Origin: Lepidodermella squamata
Taxonomy: Eukaryota; Animalia; Gastrotricha
DNA: 64,000 nt
Assembly (NCBI GenBank): GCA_047495785.1
Contig: JBLDXI010000001.1
Span: forward strand, 4,030,001 to 4,094,000
Direction of reading: 5' to 3'
Positions 13,259-25,428 of the stretch are shown here, piece by piece. Both the position numbers and the translations under genes were made by a program. The notes below the pieces were generated by a model. The model saw nothing but the letters and a program-made list of their open reading frames with translations. It was not told the origin of the DNA and did no database searches. Each line of letters starts with the position of its first letter. Position 1 is the stretch's first letter.

Positions 13259-15714
13259 TTAAAAAATTAAAATTTCATAAATTAAAAAAATTTTAATTTC
13301 GAAATTACTGGACTAAAATTTAATTCATATGCACATTCCAATATGCACAGTCCGCGGCCTTCGAGGGGCCCATGTAACGGGAGCTTCGAAGCCGCGGCGT
13401 CCTATAGTACGTCTCATGTCCTCAGTGACATTATATCCCTGGCCGCGCAATTCGCTCGCTATTTTCTGGCGAATTTTGTTATGTCTCGAAGTGATTAGCA
13501 ACGAGTTGTAGGGGCAGGCGCCAAGGACGTGAGCAAGAGATTCAATCTCAGCGCCGCATCGACGACACTGGTTTCCGTCCTGACTGACACCTGGTACCCC
13601 TCTAACCGGAGCCGTGTTTGTAGACATTTTGATCGCCATGGTCCATTCAGCAACGCTTAGCCCATTTCTCCGAAAAACCCAATTGTTTGTTTTGGGCACG
13701 CATTTGAACTGGGCAACTCCTCTCCCTTTTTGATCCAAGCTGCACCATGTTTCAAATTCTCGCAGTCGAAGAATGCGACGTATAATCTCAGCATTCGGAG
13801 GAAGAATTTTCTCCGGGTCGAATCGATCATCGTTTTCCATTTCCTCATCCAGATTCTGATCAAGCTCATCATTGTTAAGGTCAACATCAAGTTTCGCTAG
13901 ACATTCTTCCATTTCCTTCTCAAGGTTTCTGCAGGCCAGTACCAGGGGTTCGCCGTTAACTAACAATTTTCTACAAATATTATATATTTGAAGATAAGCT
14001 TCCCAAGTAGCTTTCGGAAGGCCAAGACCACGATGTTTACGAGCAGCATAGAAGAAGCTAGTGGGCGTGCTTGTAGGCAAACCGACGCATTCTTTAACGA
14101 CGCTACGCATAATGACGTCAACGGATTCCAAAAATGTTTTCCTGATCGCTTTAATTGGCGCCGTTTGAAACGGATAAATAAGCTTTGGCCAGATGAACTG
14201 AGTCAAAATAGTCAGTTTTTGGTCTGCTAGTAATAGGTTCGAATTTGCTAGCAGTTCTAGTTGTTCCTTCAGTTCAGAGATGACGGCTGCTTCGTCAAAC
14301 ACAATTTCATCATGGAAGGTGACGCCAAGATACTTGATCGTTTCATCGTTTTTGATTGCCGGAATGGAATCTCCGTTGCTTAAAATCAAAGGATCGCAGG
14401 ATAAAACACCATTTCCCACGATAATCGCTGCGCATTTCTTTACGTTAACTTCCAAGCCTATTTGAGAGAAGAGGTTTCGAGCCATTTCGACGAGTGTTGC
14501 AGCGGAATCACGACTTTTTCCGACTGGGGTTGTGTCGTCTGCAAAGCCGAGCACTGAAACGTTTGCTAGTTCTGATGAAAGCTTAAAACCATAGGCATCA
14601 GCTACTTCTTTTTCTGACAATTCACGAAGGACAAAATCGATACAAAAAGGTTGAAGATGGTTGGTGAGATTGGTGAGCCTTGCATAACTCCTCTTTGAAA
14701 TGAGATTTTAGAAGTTTTGTGACCATTTGCCTCGATCTGAGTGGAATTATGATTAATTAGCTCCAGAATCATTTCACGCAGGTTGCTTGGTATCGGTAAT
14801 GTTTCCAGAGTGCGCTGAATGTGCTCAAAGCCAATGTTGTCAAAGGCTTTTGCCAGATCCAGAAAGGTTACAACGCATGTAGACTTTTCTGCCTTCGCTT
14901 TTCTTAGACAACCGGAAACAATCGACGAGTTTATATGTGTACCGGCGCATGATGTAAATCCACGCTGGTTAGACGAAAAACTTACGTATTCTCGTAGTCG
15001 TCGATCAAGCATTCGTTCGAAAACCCTTCGAACAAGTGAGGTTATCGTAATTGGACGCCAGTTGTTTGGGTCACCCAAATCTCCAGATTTGTCGATCAAC
15101 ACTGTTCTTGCTAATTTGAGGCTCCTCGGAAGCATTTTCCTTTTCAGCATGGAGTTGTATATGAGGACAAGAACGTCAATGCAGCCTTCCGCATGAAGTA
15201 CTCTCATTAGTGTTCTGTCTGGTCCAGGAGATGTATCAAGTGCTATCCCGGCCGCGGCGGCTTTTACTTCGTCAGCGCTTGTTTCGGATTCGAAAGTAGA
15301 GTCAATTTTTGTTTGTTCGTCTACTGTCATCGCATTGTCGTTCAATAAAAACGGCAGTTTATTTGCCGATTCCCATTGGGTTCAGCGGTTTTCGAAAGTA
15401 ATAATAGAAATACTGTCAGTTGGTTGTGATTGATAATATTAAAGAAACACCATTTGAATAAAATCAAAGTTTGAATGATCACGGAAGTAATCACGTTTAT
15501 ACCACCTACATAATTCGATAGATCATCTCCAGAGGAGCATAACGATGTAAATTTTGGGTCATATTTGGTTTCCTTAATATATTGCAGTAACAATGAAAAC
15601 TTAGCAGCCCCTTTCAAACGCAACGCGACGATTTAGGTAACCTCACCCAAAATTGCTGTCGAGGATATCAGTGGCCATTCGTGAATCAATGGCCAAGTGC
15701 TAAATGCTGCCTTG

Positions 15715-16015
15715 CATTGTGTTTGAGGTTGCAAGTTGAAAAAAATCCGCACGCTGATTGGTCAGTTGGCTCGTATCCATGACTCCGCCTTGCTACTTGA
15801 TCGTGCGATCTATATAATTTGTGGCTTTTATTATTTTTATGAAGGCCGTATCGTAGCACGCGTTTCCAACAAATGCGTAAAACCATTCATAAAAAGATAT
15901 TTTTTGCAAACATTTTATGGATCGCACGATCAAGTAGCAAGGCGGAGTCTTGGATACGAGCCAACTGACCAATCAGCGTGCAGATTATTTTCAACTTACA
16001 ACCTCAAACACAATG
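15715..16015. mobile_element. Foldback/MITE-like element with ~96-bp near-perfect inverted arms
   Basis: 15715-15810 is the near reverse complement of 15920-16015 (cattgtgtttgaggtt..gatcgtgcgatc / gatcgcacgatc..cctcaaacacaatg). No clear TSD. Confidence 0.75.
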
Positions 16016-16630
16016 ATTTTCACTATTCAGTTTTCTAAGTTCGCCGATGTTTGTTTGCAAGGGGCCTATAATTATAGCAAATTTGTTCAAGTTTCAAGAA
16101 CGAAGCGTCCAAACCACATTGGAAACGAAAATAAATTGAATAAAAATGCAAATAGTGCATTTTTGTATATACCAATAATGCAACTTAGCTATAGTTTTGT
16201 GAATTACTTTTCGTGTCGTCATTTTTGGATGGCGTGGAACCAACTGAAAGCTCGGGTGGATTTAATCAATACATGGAGCTGAAATCACGGCACGTAGTTG
16301 TTTCTAAATCCCAGTATGACGGCACAGTAGCACAGTAGTACATCTTAATGGTAAGGATGAACTATTCAACTAATGGAAAATTGAAAGTAACTTGAAATTT
16401 CAAGCTGCAGAAACGCACCTTTCTCACAACTGCATCGATGATGTATGATGATAACCGGGAACCATAAAATGGTATTTTTCAGAAATATAACGCGCTTCAT
16501 CGTTTTGACTTGGTCTCCAACCTGGTCGCTTTATCTAATCGGGTCCTAATTGGGTTGGCGGACAGTGGCTACGAAATAAAGTGGCTATAATGGACTGCCC
16601 GATTCAGCGTTCAATGCATCCTACACCGTT

Positions 16631-16830
16631 CATGAGACGTACTATAGGACGCCGCGGCTTCAAAGCTTCCATAATATTTCCTCGAAAAAAATAATGAGAA
16701 AAGCTAGAAGTGTGAATACGCACACTTTTATATAGCAAAAAAATCAGCAAGTTGGACTGTGCACCTCATTAAAAAATCACATTATTTCTGATTTTCTACG
16801 AGCCGCGGCGTCTCTATCGGACGTCTCATG
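16631..16830. mobile_element. 200-bp MITE of the same family as 11662-13418, in opposite orientation
   Basis: Same CATGAGACGT.. TIR (right copy imperfect); TSD ACACCGTT at 16623-16630 and 16831-16838; subterminal sequence homologous to the other copy. Confidence 0.9.
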
Positions 16831-16939
16831 ACACCGTTGCTGGCTTACTGGAGGCTATGCTAAACACATGTCACTGCATTTCGATGTCCTTGGGCAAGAT
16901 TGCAGCTTTCTCGTTTTTTGTTATTTCGCAGCGTAAAAA

Positions 16940-17233
16940 ATGTCCATCTCATCAAATTAAGGCTGCAATATGTAGAACAGACGCATTCAAATACTCCTTC
17001 TTCAATCGCACTAGAGATGCGTGGAATAGCCTTTCTAATGACGTAGTATGTACCAATCATTCTATTTTCAAACTATTTGTGAAAAACAATCCTGACGTTT
17101 TCGAAAATTACCTCCCAAGTGTGGTGAGGCACCGTTCTCGAACAATGTAACAGTTATGCGCGTGCTTCTCTTTAATTTGCTGAACTCAATGATGAAATTT
17201 GCAAATAAACGTTACAATACAATATAATACAAT
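16940..17233 (+). mobile_element. 5'-truncated LINE 3' end (CR1/L2-like)
   Basis: C-terminal peptide FKYSFFNRTRDAWNSLSNDVV, then AATAAA and a tandem (TACAA)n-like tail at 17213-17233. Confidence 0.7.
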
Positions 17234-17671
17234 CATAAGGACCCTGCCGCGGGGTGCCCGCTGGTTATTCTTTTAGTACCCTGTAATTCGCTGCTAGATA
17301 TAACTTTTGTGGAGAATCGAATTGTATTAATTGTGATTGCTTCTGACGCTCTCGTCTGCAAACAACGCCAACGAATTAATGGAATAACGCAAAAATAGGC
17401 TACCCTATACTGATCGATGCATTCAACAGTCTTGACACAGTAGTTCGTACCGCTGAATAGGTGGTAAAATAACAATTCAGCCATACTTATGTTATCGGAT
17501 AATCGGCAGCATTTTGTCTCGTACAAGGAATACGCCAAACTGCCAGCCGAATAAGTACATACGTTGGCGACCTGTTTGGCGGCTACAAATGCACGTGCCA
17601 AGCGGGCTACTGAACTGGCTGGGGTTGCAAAACACGTGGGCTCGAGCTTTCATATCTATTGGCAAAACATT

Positions 17672-17712
17672 TTACCTCGGAATTATGTTAAGTTAACATA
17701 ATTCCGAGGTAA
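17672..17712. repeat. Perfect palindrome with 20-bp arms and 1-nt spacer
   Basis: ttacctcggaattatgttaa-g-ttaacataattccgaggtaa. Confidence 0.85.
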
Positions 17713-17958
17713 TGTTCCTTCCCAACTAGCATTTGGGAGAACCTTCAGACTGATCGACTGAACTGTTTTCCGCGAGCGAAGCGAGCTTAGCTGACGGATT
17801 TTTTCAAATTCTTGGGCCAGGAACGGGCTAAAATGCATAAAAATTGGGGAGGGAAAACGAATTTTTCATTGTATCAATTTAAGAAATCGAGCTAGCAAGG
17901 CATTCATTGAATACTCCGAATAGCCATCAAGAGCCAGGATCAAGGCCTAAATTTAATA

Positions 17959-18148
17959 CAGTGGAAACCCGATTCCCCGTCTTCTACGGCTCCACAAAAA
18001 TCCTGACGAGAAATCCGAATTGACGGGGAATTCCGGTAGTTTTGCATGCAATTGCCCTCCGCGGGCCCAAGTCGTTCCTAAATATTTACATATCGTGAAA
18101 TCAGGTCAGACGGGAAATCAGGTGACGCAAAATGTGGGTTCCACTCTG
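17959..18148. mobile_element. Possible Tc1/pogo-type MITE
   Basis: TA|CAGTGGAAACCCG.. left end and ..GGGTTCCACTCTG|TA right end; imperfect TIRs with TA flanks. Confidence 0.5.
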
Positions 18149-19494
18149 TATGATAATGTCCCTGGCAGGGACACTGAGTATAGCAAACCTACCACTGACG
18201 CCCAGTCTATCCTTCCCAGCTCTATTCCCATCGTCTCTGTATGTAGCGACTATGCGGGAGGCTGGCCGAAATGTCTAAAAATCCCGAAATAAGGAAGAAT
18301 TCCTCCATGGTAATGACTATGAAAATGGTCCTATTCATATAAGAGTGTGACTTGGATTACGCCAAGTTAAGCTTTTTCACGATTTTTCGCGTTTTCCGGC
18401 CAACTCGCGTGGGAAAGTGACATCCCCGGCGGGGACAGAATTCCGACCGAACTCGCCAGGGAGGCGTCCCCGGCACTAATTTAAGCACTGGATCTACTTA
18501 CTACATTTTTACCCAGGTTTCACTGGCGTTGTGAGTCATATTAACATTTGGTAGAAAACATCGTCCGCAACTCGGAAAACGAGCCCAAGAAGTTTCCAAG
18601 TGCTTAGATTAGGAACAACTACTCCCTACACCGTTATTTCCAAAGCGTAACTCCGAACACCACTATACACAGTGGCTATTATAGCAGCAACAGCAGTCAC
18701 CGCGTATTTTAATATTGGTGATCGGAGTGACGCTTTGAGAAATGGCCTACTGGCTCTAAATTGATGAGCGATTTCTCAGGGTAATTTATCCGCGTTGCCG
18801 AAGACATGGACTGAAATGGCGTTGTCTGTGCGCTGTTTGGATATGTAATGTGGCCTCAAATACCAGTCAAAATATAAAATTCCAAAAGGACAAAAAATTG
18901 TCTGAAAATGTGGTTGGGAATTTTGATGACTTGAGCTACTGGGAAAAGGGTGAAATGAAAATATCTTGCAATTTTATCGCGCTGCTGAGCGTAGGCGACG
19001 CTATCCTTCATAGATTCATGTGGCGTCGAAATGCTGATCAATCATAAGCATACAAAAATCCAAATGAATATAGCCTAGCAGACGGATGTTCTTCTCGAAG
19101 CTTTCACGATTGTTCAAAAATTGCTGCAAATCAAACTCACGGTGGACGTACGGCAGCTCAGCGAGCGGCATCAGAACAACTCGTCTTCCGTCACGCTATC
19201 CTGCAGTAGTACTGCACCCTATTTGATCATTGGCGCAACGCGCAGCGACATTGTTAACGTCTTACACATCATTCATAGAATATGCATTATCGTAAAAATT
19301 TCCGATCCACGTTCGCACAATGCATCCGGCTTCCGCATTGAGGATAGATCGCCCCCAGGTTGTCCAAGAGTTCGAGGGTTGTTTTGAACGCTATACAAAT
19401 AGCTTTTCTCGGAAAAAACCGCACAAAACCGTTATAAAAACGCAGGAAAATCGCCCAACCATGCATCACTCAACATTTCAAACCACAAACGATC

Positions 19495-20453
19495 ATGACT
19501 TCGAACCAATGGACCCTCCAAGGCAAGACAGCGATAGTCACCGGGGCAAATACCGGTATTGGCAAATACATCGCCCTGGAACTGGCACAGCAAGGAGCTC
19601 GGGTTATCTTGGCCTGCCGAAATCCTGCGGCGGCTGACGATGCTGCGGATGAGATAAGACGTGAGCTGGGGATGAGCGAAGAAGTTGGCGAGAAAATGGT
19701 GACCTGGCGCCAGGTTGACCTATCGAATCTGGAGTCAATCCGAAAATTTGCTGGAGAGATCAACTCGAGCTTAGACGAACTTCATGTTTTGGTCAACAAT
19801 GCCGGGCTTCTTCCCCCAGATGAGAAAACCCCGACCCTGGACGGCCGTTTCGAGTTGACATTCGCCACGAACCATCTCGGCCCATTCCTTCTAACGCAGC
19901 TTCTGCTGCCTCTTCTGAAAAAATCTGCACCGAGCCGGATTATCAACGTCTCATCGGTCGGATACAAGATGTGTAACAAGGTCGGAGGTTACAATATTGA
20001 AGACCCGCAATACGACGATCATCCGGAGAATTACGAACCTTGGCTGGCCTATTGCCAGACAAAGTTGGCAAACATTTTGACAACGCGTCAGCTGAAAAAG
20101 AGGCTGGAAGAAACTGGTGTGTCGGTTTTCAGCGTTCATCCAGGCATGGTTAAAACCGATATTTTCCGCCACAGATCGATGAAATTTTCACTATTTTGCG
20201 GACCTGTGGTCTTCATGTTTGGTCGCACCCCGCAAAAGGGCGCGAAACCTGTTGTTTACTGCTGCTCCGAGCCTGGAATTGAGGATATGAGCGGGGAATA
20301 TTTTGTGTAAGATTTGTTTCTTCTTTCTGAACTTTAAACTTTAGCTTTGACTTTTTCAGTGACAACAAGGTTGAAGCTCTTGAGCCCATTGCCAAAGATG
20401 ACGAAATAGGCGAGCGCCTGTGGCAGCTGAGCGAGAAGCTCATCTCAGAGTGA
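19495..20453 (+). CDS. Short-chain dehydrogenase/reductase, retinol dehydrogenase 12/13/14-like (copy 1)
   Basis: TGANTGIG, NNAG, TNHLGPFLLT, YCQTK, VHPG. One intron at 20307-20359; TATA-like TTATAAAA at ~19432. Confidence 0.93.
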
Positions 20454-20914
20454 CGGATTTTGAATACATTTATATGTTGTCCTGTTTGTGTTTGCGGTTG
20501 TATCAACAGGTTTAATAAAACTCCAAAGTAAAGACTAATTTCTGAGTAGGGACATTGAAGCGCTCTTTTAGAACATACTCTCTCCAATATGAAAGAATCT
20601 AGGCCTGATTTTTCGCTTTTTAGCCGTGAATTCAATTGATTTTTCGATACTTCATGTGAATGGAGCATAACTCCTTGATAAGGCAGATGATTCTAGTAGA
20701 ATCCTCTGTCGTTGAGACTGTTAGCACTGATTAGAACTCTGCGCATCAAATCAATACATGCTACGTGATATTTACCGCCATACTAGGGAAAAAGTGATGA
20801 TGATTGCGTGGTTAATGAATCGGATGGTGATCATAGAGCGATGATGGAGAGTCGTCTTTCATTTATGCTCATCTCGCTCAGTTTTTCAAGATTGCACTTA
20901 TACAGGCATACAAA

Positions 20915-22573
20915 ATGCTTCGCGCCTGGGTGCTTGCAGCTTTCAGCTTATCGCTAGCAATAGCCCAGGGCAATATCGCCTCATTAGAAACGGCCACCAC
21001 AACTGTCAGAATTCCGCTAAGCAATGCTACAACATTAGGGAGAATAACCTCGACTTCCAATTCATCAAATGTTACGGATTCTCGAACGAATGTTACGAAC
21101 ATAATTGCTTCAACGACATTAGCCCCGACTACAAGTAGGTCAACAACAACCACAACTACCCCTTTGATCGTGACAGACCTGAGACGTGAGTTGCGTTTTG
21201 AGATGAAAAATCGGATCTTAACTAGCTGAATTTCAGTAAATGGGTCAAACGATTTCAGCTGCGGGGGGACAGTAATTACGCCTCGAGAGTACTTTATCAA
21301 TCAAACCGATCGCTATGTAATCAGAACAAGGTCCCTGCAAACTGTGGCTATCGGAGCTCCAGGACAGTGGTCAAACTCTTCAGCTTTGACTTGTGTAGCA
21401 GCTATCGTAGCACCGCCGAACTTTCAACTCAGTGTCGATTTCCTGGATAATCTTTGTACAAGAGAGGGTGTACCAGCTTCCGGTTCTTGGCGGGATGGAA
21501 GTGGCTTGCAAGTATGGGATGGCTTCAATTTCGATCAAAGGCCAACTGCAAACGGATCTTATCTCAGGCCCCGAGCTGTTTCTCAAATTGTAAGCTTTGA
21601 TAATTCAGCTAAATGCTGATTTTCTTATTGATTTTTATAGCTGTCAATTCCTGCTCCTAGCTCGAGGATTTGCGCAGCAGAAAGTATTTCTTCGACCACG
21701 AATGTTGTGTCTATAATAGTGAAGCAGCCTCCGAATTATCTCTTCATCGCTGGGTCGAATAATGAAACCTCAAGCTCCCAGACTATAGTTTACGATTTTT
21801 CCCTGGTCATAACAGCGTCGAGGAAGCCATTTGTTACAGAGTTGGTTTCGAATGATAGTACCAACAACTTAGTCTATCTGTCTCTCTTATCTTTGATTGT
21901 GGTGCTAGTTATCATCATAATTTTAGTCAGAATCTTCTGCTGTGATACTGACTGTCCCTGTTTACTCCCGTCTCCCGAAGCAGCAGGGCGGAGTAGTTGT
22001 AAAAATTCTTGCATGGGTTGCTGCTACATTTTTTGCAACTGCTGCAAGCGAAGGGAACGCCGCGAGCCGTACAATATGTCAAACAGTGATACTTATGTAA
22101 CAGAGGCTGTCCACTCCTCAGTACAATCATCAGCTCAAACCTTCAATTCTGACATACCGATGACGAATATTCAGCAGAAATCAAACGGTAACTCTCATGC
22201 CAGGCAGCAAAAGTACCAGGCAGACACGGGAAATAGTTCGCCGCAATACTCCAATATCCGTCCTGCTGGCCAGTCGAAATATGCCGCGGCTGTTCCGCCG
22301 TCTAACTTTGTTTCTACGAATCCTCATGGACCAACACATACCACAGCGACTCAGCCAGCTGGCTTCACAGATCTCGGAGGCGGGGCTGCAGGATATGGCT
22401 ACGAGGAAGAGGAGGATGAAGAGGAGGAAATGGATCAAAACGGGGGAGGGATGTACGGCGGTGGGCATTTCGATCTGCGAAATGCGAACCCTAACAATCC
22501 TTTCCACGGCATGGCGCCGCAGTCGCAGCAAAATGTCCGTGGCCAGCCGAGTTTTCAAACTTACTACGGCTGA
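20915..22573 (+). CDS. Family member B: signal peptide, Thr/Ser mucin-like stalk, CUB-like domain, TM, Cys-rich and NPF-containing tail
   Basis: MLRAWVLAAFSLSLAIA; TCVAAIVAPPNFQLSVDF; LQVWDG; LSIP..C..STTNVVSI; YDFSLVI; TM LVYLSLLSLIVVLVIIIILV; CCDTDCPC, CMGCCYIFCNCC. Confidence 0.8.
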
Positions 22574-22772
22574 GTATCGCAATAATCTCAATAATATCTA
22601 GCCGGTTTTGTTTTTTGTGTTAAATTCTATCGTTAAGAATAAAGCGTTGGCGTGAGTCTATCCACTTTCGATTTTTTTCGCGCAAACGTTTGAATAATTG
22701 ATGAACAAAAAGCGTCATTAGAACGTAGGGTGGCTGCATTCGAACGAAGCCTAGTGTCATTCTTTTCATAAA

Positions 22773-23934
22773 ATGTTGTTCGAAACTTGCATCCTTTCCC
22801 TGGCTATCCGCCTAGCTGCTTCGGATAGGGTGCTATGGCTGTATCCTCGCTCATTCTACTACACTTGGGAAAAGTACAGTTACCATACTGGGAAGGGAAC
22901 CCCTAATCAAACTGGTTTGTTCGCGCACTCTGGCTCTTAAATCTAGCAATTATAATACTTTTCTTTTTCTTTCAGTGTACACGAATTTTCAGAAGCATTG
23001 CACAACTCCGTTGCTCAACTCGACGTCATACGCGATCGATTTTGACGAGACATACAACATTCACGGAAGTCTGCCTACGATCAGCTCTAACTCTCCGTAT
23101 GTTGATAAAAGCACCGGAACTCTGCTGCCAGAATATTACGCTCAGACATGTCAAATTTCACTGGTCGGGCCTGAGCGCTCAAAGCTAAGGCTGACGTTCC
23201 CGAAGGGTGCAACTGATTGCTCATTCTGGGGCACTGGCTGTCGCTTGGACGTTTCTCAACCTGGTGGGAGGTTGGTTTCTCTACCCTCTCCAGCTTGCGG
23301 ATCCTCGGAGCAGGTGTATCTCACGAATGGGAATTCAATTTCGATTAGCGTTACGTCATGCCTCTCAAGCCCTTTTACCAAATTCAACTTCACTTTTGTT
23401 GTCACAGTCGAGAGTAGAAGCCCAGATCCAATTGCTAATATCGAGGGTATAATCATAGCGTCCATATTCACTCCTATCATACTCGCGCTGCTCATTATCC
23501 TGATATCGAAGAAATGCTCTCAGTCAAACCACAGAACAAGGTGTCAGCAAAACGGATGTTGTTGCTGCCAACATAAGACTCGGCGAAATCAACACATTGC
23601 GCCAACAGTTTTCATTATACCCCCAACTGCAAGAGACGATATTGCGACGGCATCGGCTCCTAGGAGTTACGATCTCATCCCGCCCCGTCCTAACTCAGGA
23701 TTCTACGATGTGAATAAACGAGCTGTTTCTCCGTCATTCGACTCGCCACCCCCACCCTATGTTGCTGCAATGCAGGCAATCGGCAGATCGGCTGATTACA
23801 ACCGGCCTCAGTCAACAATTGGTTGGAACATGCAGGGGATAGAACGAGACCTGACGCAGGGTGAAATCTACCCCCAGCTTAGAGAACGCACCGAAGTTGC
23901 ACTGAGACCATCTAAACCTACGTCATATGCCTGA
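22773..23934 (+). CDS. Family member C
   Basis: Exon 1 MLFETCILSLAIRLAAS..WLYPRSF; intron 22915-22975; VYTNFQKHC..ETYNIHGSLP..CSFWGTGC..FNFTFVV; TM; CCCC; PPPPY; IYPQL. Confidence 0.85.
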
Positions 23935-24088
23935 ACATTGTTTTTTTTATGAATTCCGTAAATAAATCCAGTATGATTCATGGGAAATTTTTTATAATCG
24001 AATTTTATTAATAATTTACTATGGGGAAGTACGATGAATGTATTTATGCAAGGCTACAGCGCATCCTTTTATAGGCAAAACTAAAAAA

Positions 24089-25230
24089 ATGCTGCTGGTG
24101 ACATGTTTTATAACAATAGCCGTTAAGCATGTCGCTTCCGACACTGTTTTTTGGCTCTATCCGCGGTCGTTTTTCAATACTTGGGACAAGTATAGCTACC
24201 ATACCGCGCAGGGTCTCCCGAATCAAACGGGTTAGTTGTTGATGTCCAATGACCAAAAATGGCTACATTTTAAATCTTTTTTCGTTTAGTTTACCTTAAT
24301 TTCTTGAAACACTGCACCAGTCCAACCTTAAATGCCTCGTCATTTTCCATAAATTTCGACGAGACGTACAACATAGTTGGCAGCGTGCCACAGATGAGCT
24401 TCAACTCGCCTTTTGTCAACGGGGATACCGGAAGTTTGCTGCCAGAATATTTTGCACAGAACTGCTCCATTGCAATTTTCGGGCCGGAAAATGCACTTTT
24501 GCGGGTGAAAATTGTCAAAGATACTGCTGATTGCTCTTTCTGGGGACAAGGCTGCCAAGTCGTGCTGTCAAATCTAGGTAACCCAATCGTAGCTCTTCCT
24601 TCGACCACCACAGCCTGCGGACGGAATGAACTGAGCTATACAACGACTAGCAGTTACCTATCAATCAACTCTACATCATGCTTCTCGACTCCCTCGGCAG
24701 ACTTTAATTTTTCAATTGTTGTAACGGTAGTGGATGATGATGGTGATGGCAGCAATGCAATCGGCCCGATTGTTGCTGGGGTGCTTAGCGCGATTGGCGG
24801 GATCACACTGTTGATTATTAGGTCAATTTCATGTTGCAATGACTCTAACTGCACATGTGTGCTAGGCGTGTGCTGTATTTGTTTTATTCGAATTGCTAAT
24901 TCCTGCGGCTGTACTACGGCAGATCGGTGTTGCTGTTGCAAAAGACGCTCGGCTAATGTAGCCCCATCACTTGTTATCATCCCGCCCACTGCGAGGGATG
25001 ATCCGACGAATGCACCTGCCCCGGCTTATGAGGATGATGATGATTCGAAATCAGTGGATTCGGCTGTTGAATCACCACCACCGCCTTATATAACTGCAAT
25101 GCAGGAATCAGGTCTTCACCGTCCGAATTCCTCGGCTCGACCCCAGTCAAATGGAGCTCAGATACCTGATTTGTATCCTCCACTAACTAGAGAAGAAACT
25201 AACGCTATCAATAGATCCTCTAAAGTTTAA
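24089..25230 (+). CDS. Family member D (close paralogue of C)
   Basis: MLLVTCFITIAVKHVAS..WLYPRSF; VYLNFLKHC; CSFWGQGC; IIPPTARDD shared with C; PPPPY; LYPPL. Confidence 0.85.
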
Positions 25231-25428
25231 AAGACGCCCATTTTTCGAATAAATGTATTTTCTATTTGTCATTTCTCTGACTTGAATTATTGATTTATCG
25301 TTTAATGCGTAGTGGTAACAATAGATATTTGTTGCTAAGCAACAATAGATCTGTACGCAAACACGGCGACATGTTGATCCAGCGGCCAATGAACCCACCA
25401 CTTGGAATGCAGAATGCTCTGCGAAAGC

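Larger units (their letters stand above)
11662..13418. mobile_element. Non-autonomous DNA transposon with 30-bp TIRs and 8-bp TSD (P-element-like; hAT not excluded)
   Basis: TIR CATGAGACGTACTATAGGACGCCGCGGCTT at 11662 and its reverse complement ending at 13418; TSD TCCTCAGT at 11654-11661 and 13419-13426. Confidence 0.9.
11281..15400 (-). mobile_element. Degraded RLE-type (R2-superfamily-like) non-LTR retrotransposon, split by a DNA-transposon insertion
   Basis: RT motifs SPGPD, NWRPITI, FLDLAKAFD, QGSPISP, FADD; CCHC knuckle CRRCGAEIESLAHVLGAC; RHN. After removing 11662-13418 and one TSD the frame reads GYNVTE|EGHC..RRFDI..IIDPTIR..EKRAIYEP (RLE endonuclease). Frameshift near 14610-14640. 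5' boundary approximate. Confidence 0.92.

Noticed and set aside
11462-13511. Shared peptides KPRRPIVRLM / MRRTIGRRG in several ORFs
   Set aside because: Translations of the transposon TIR, not a protein motif.
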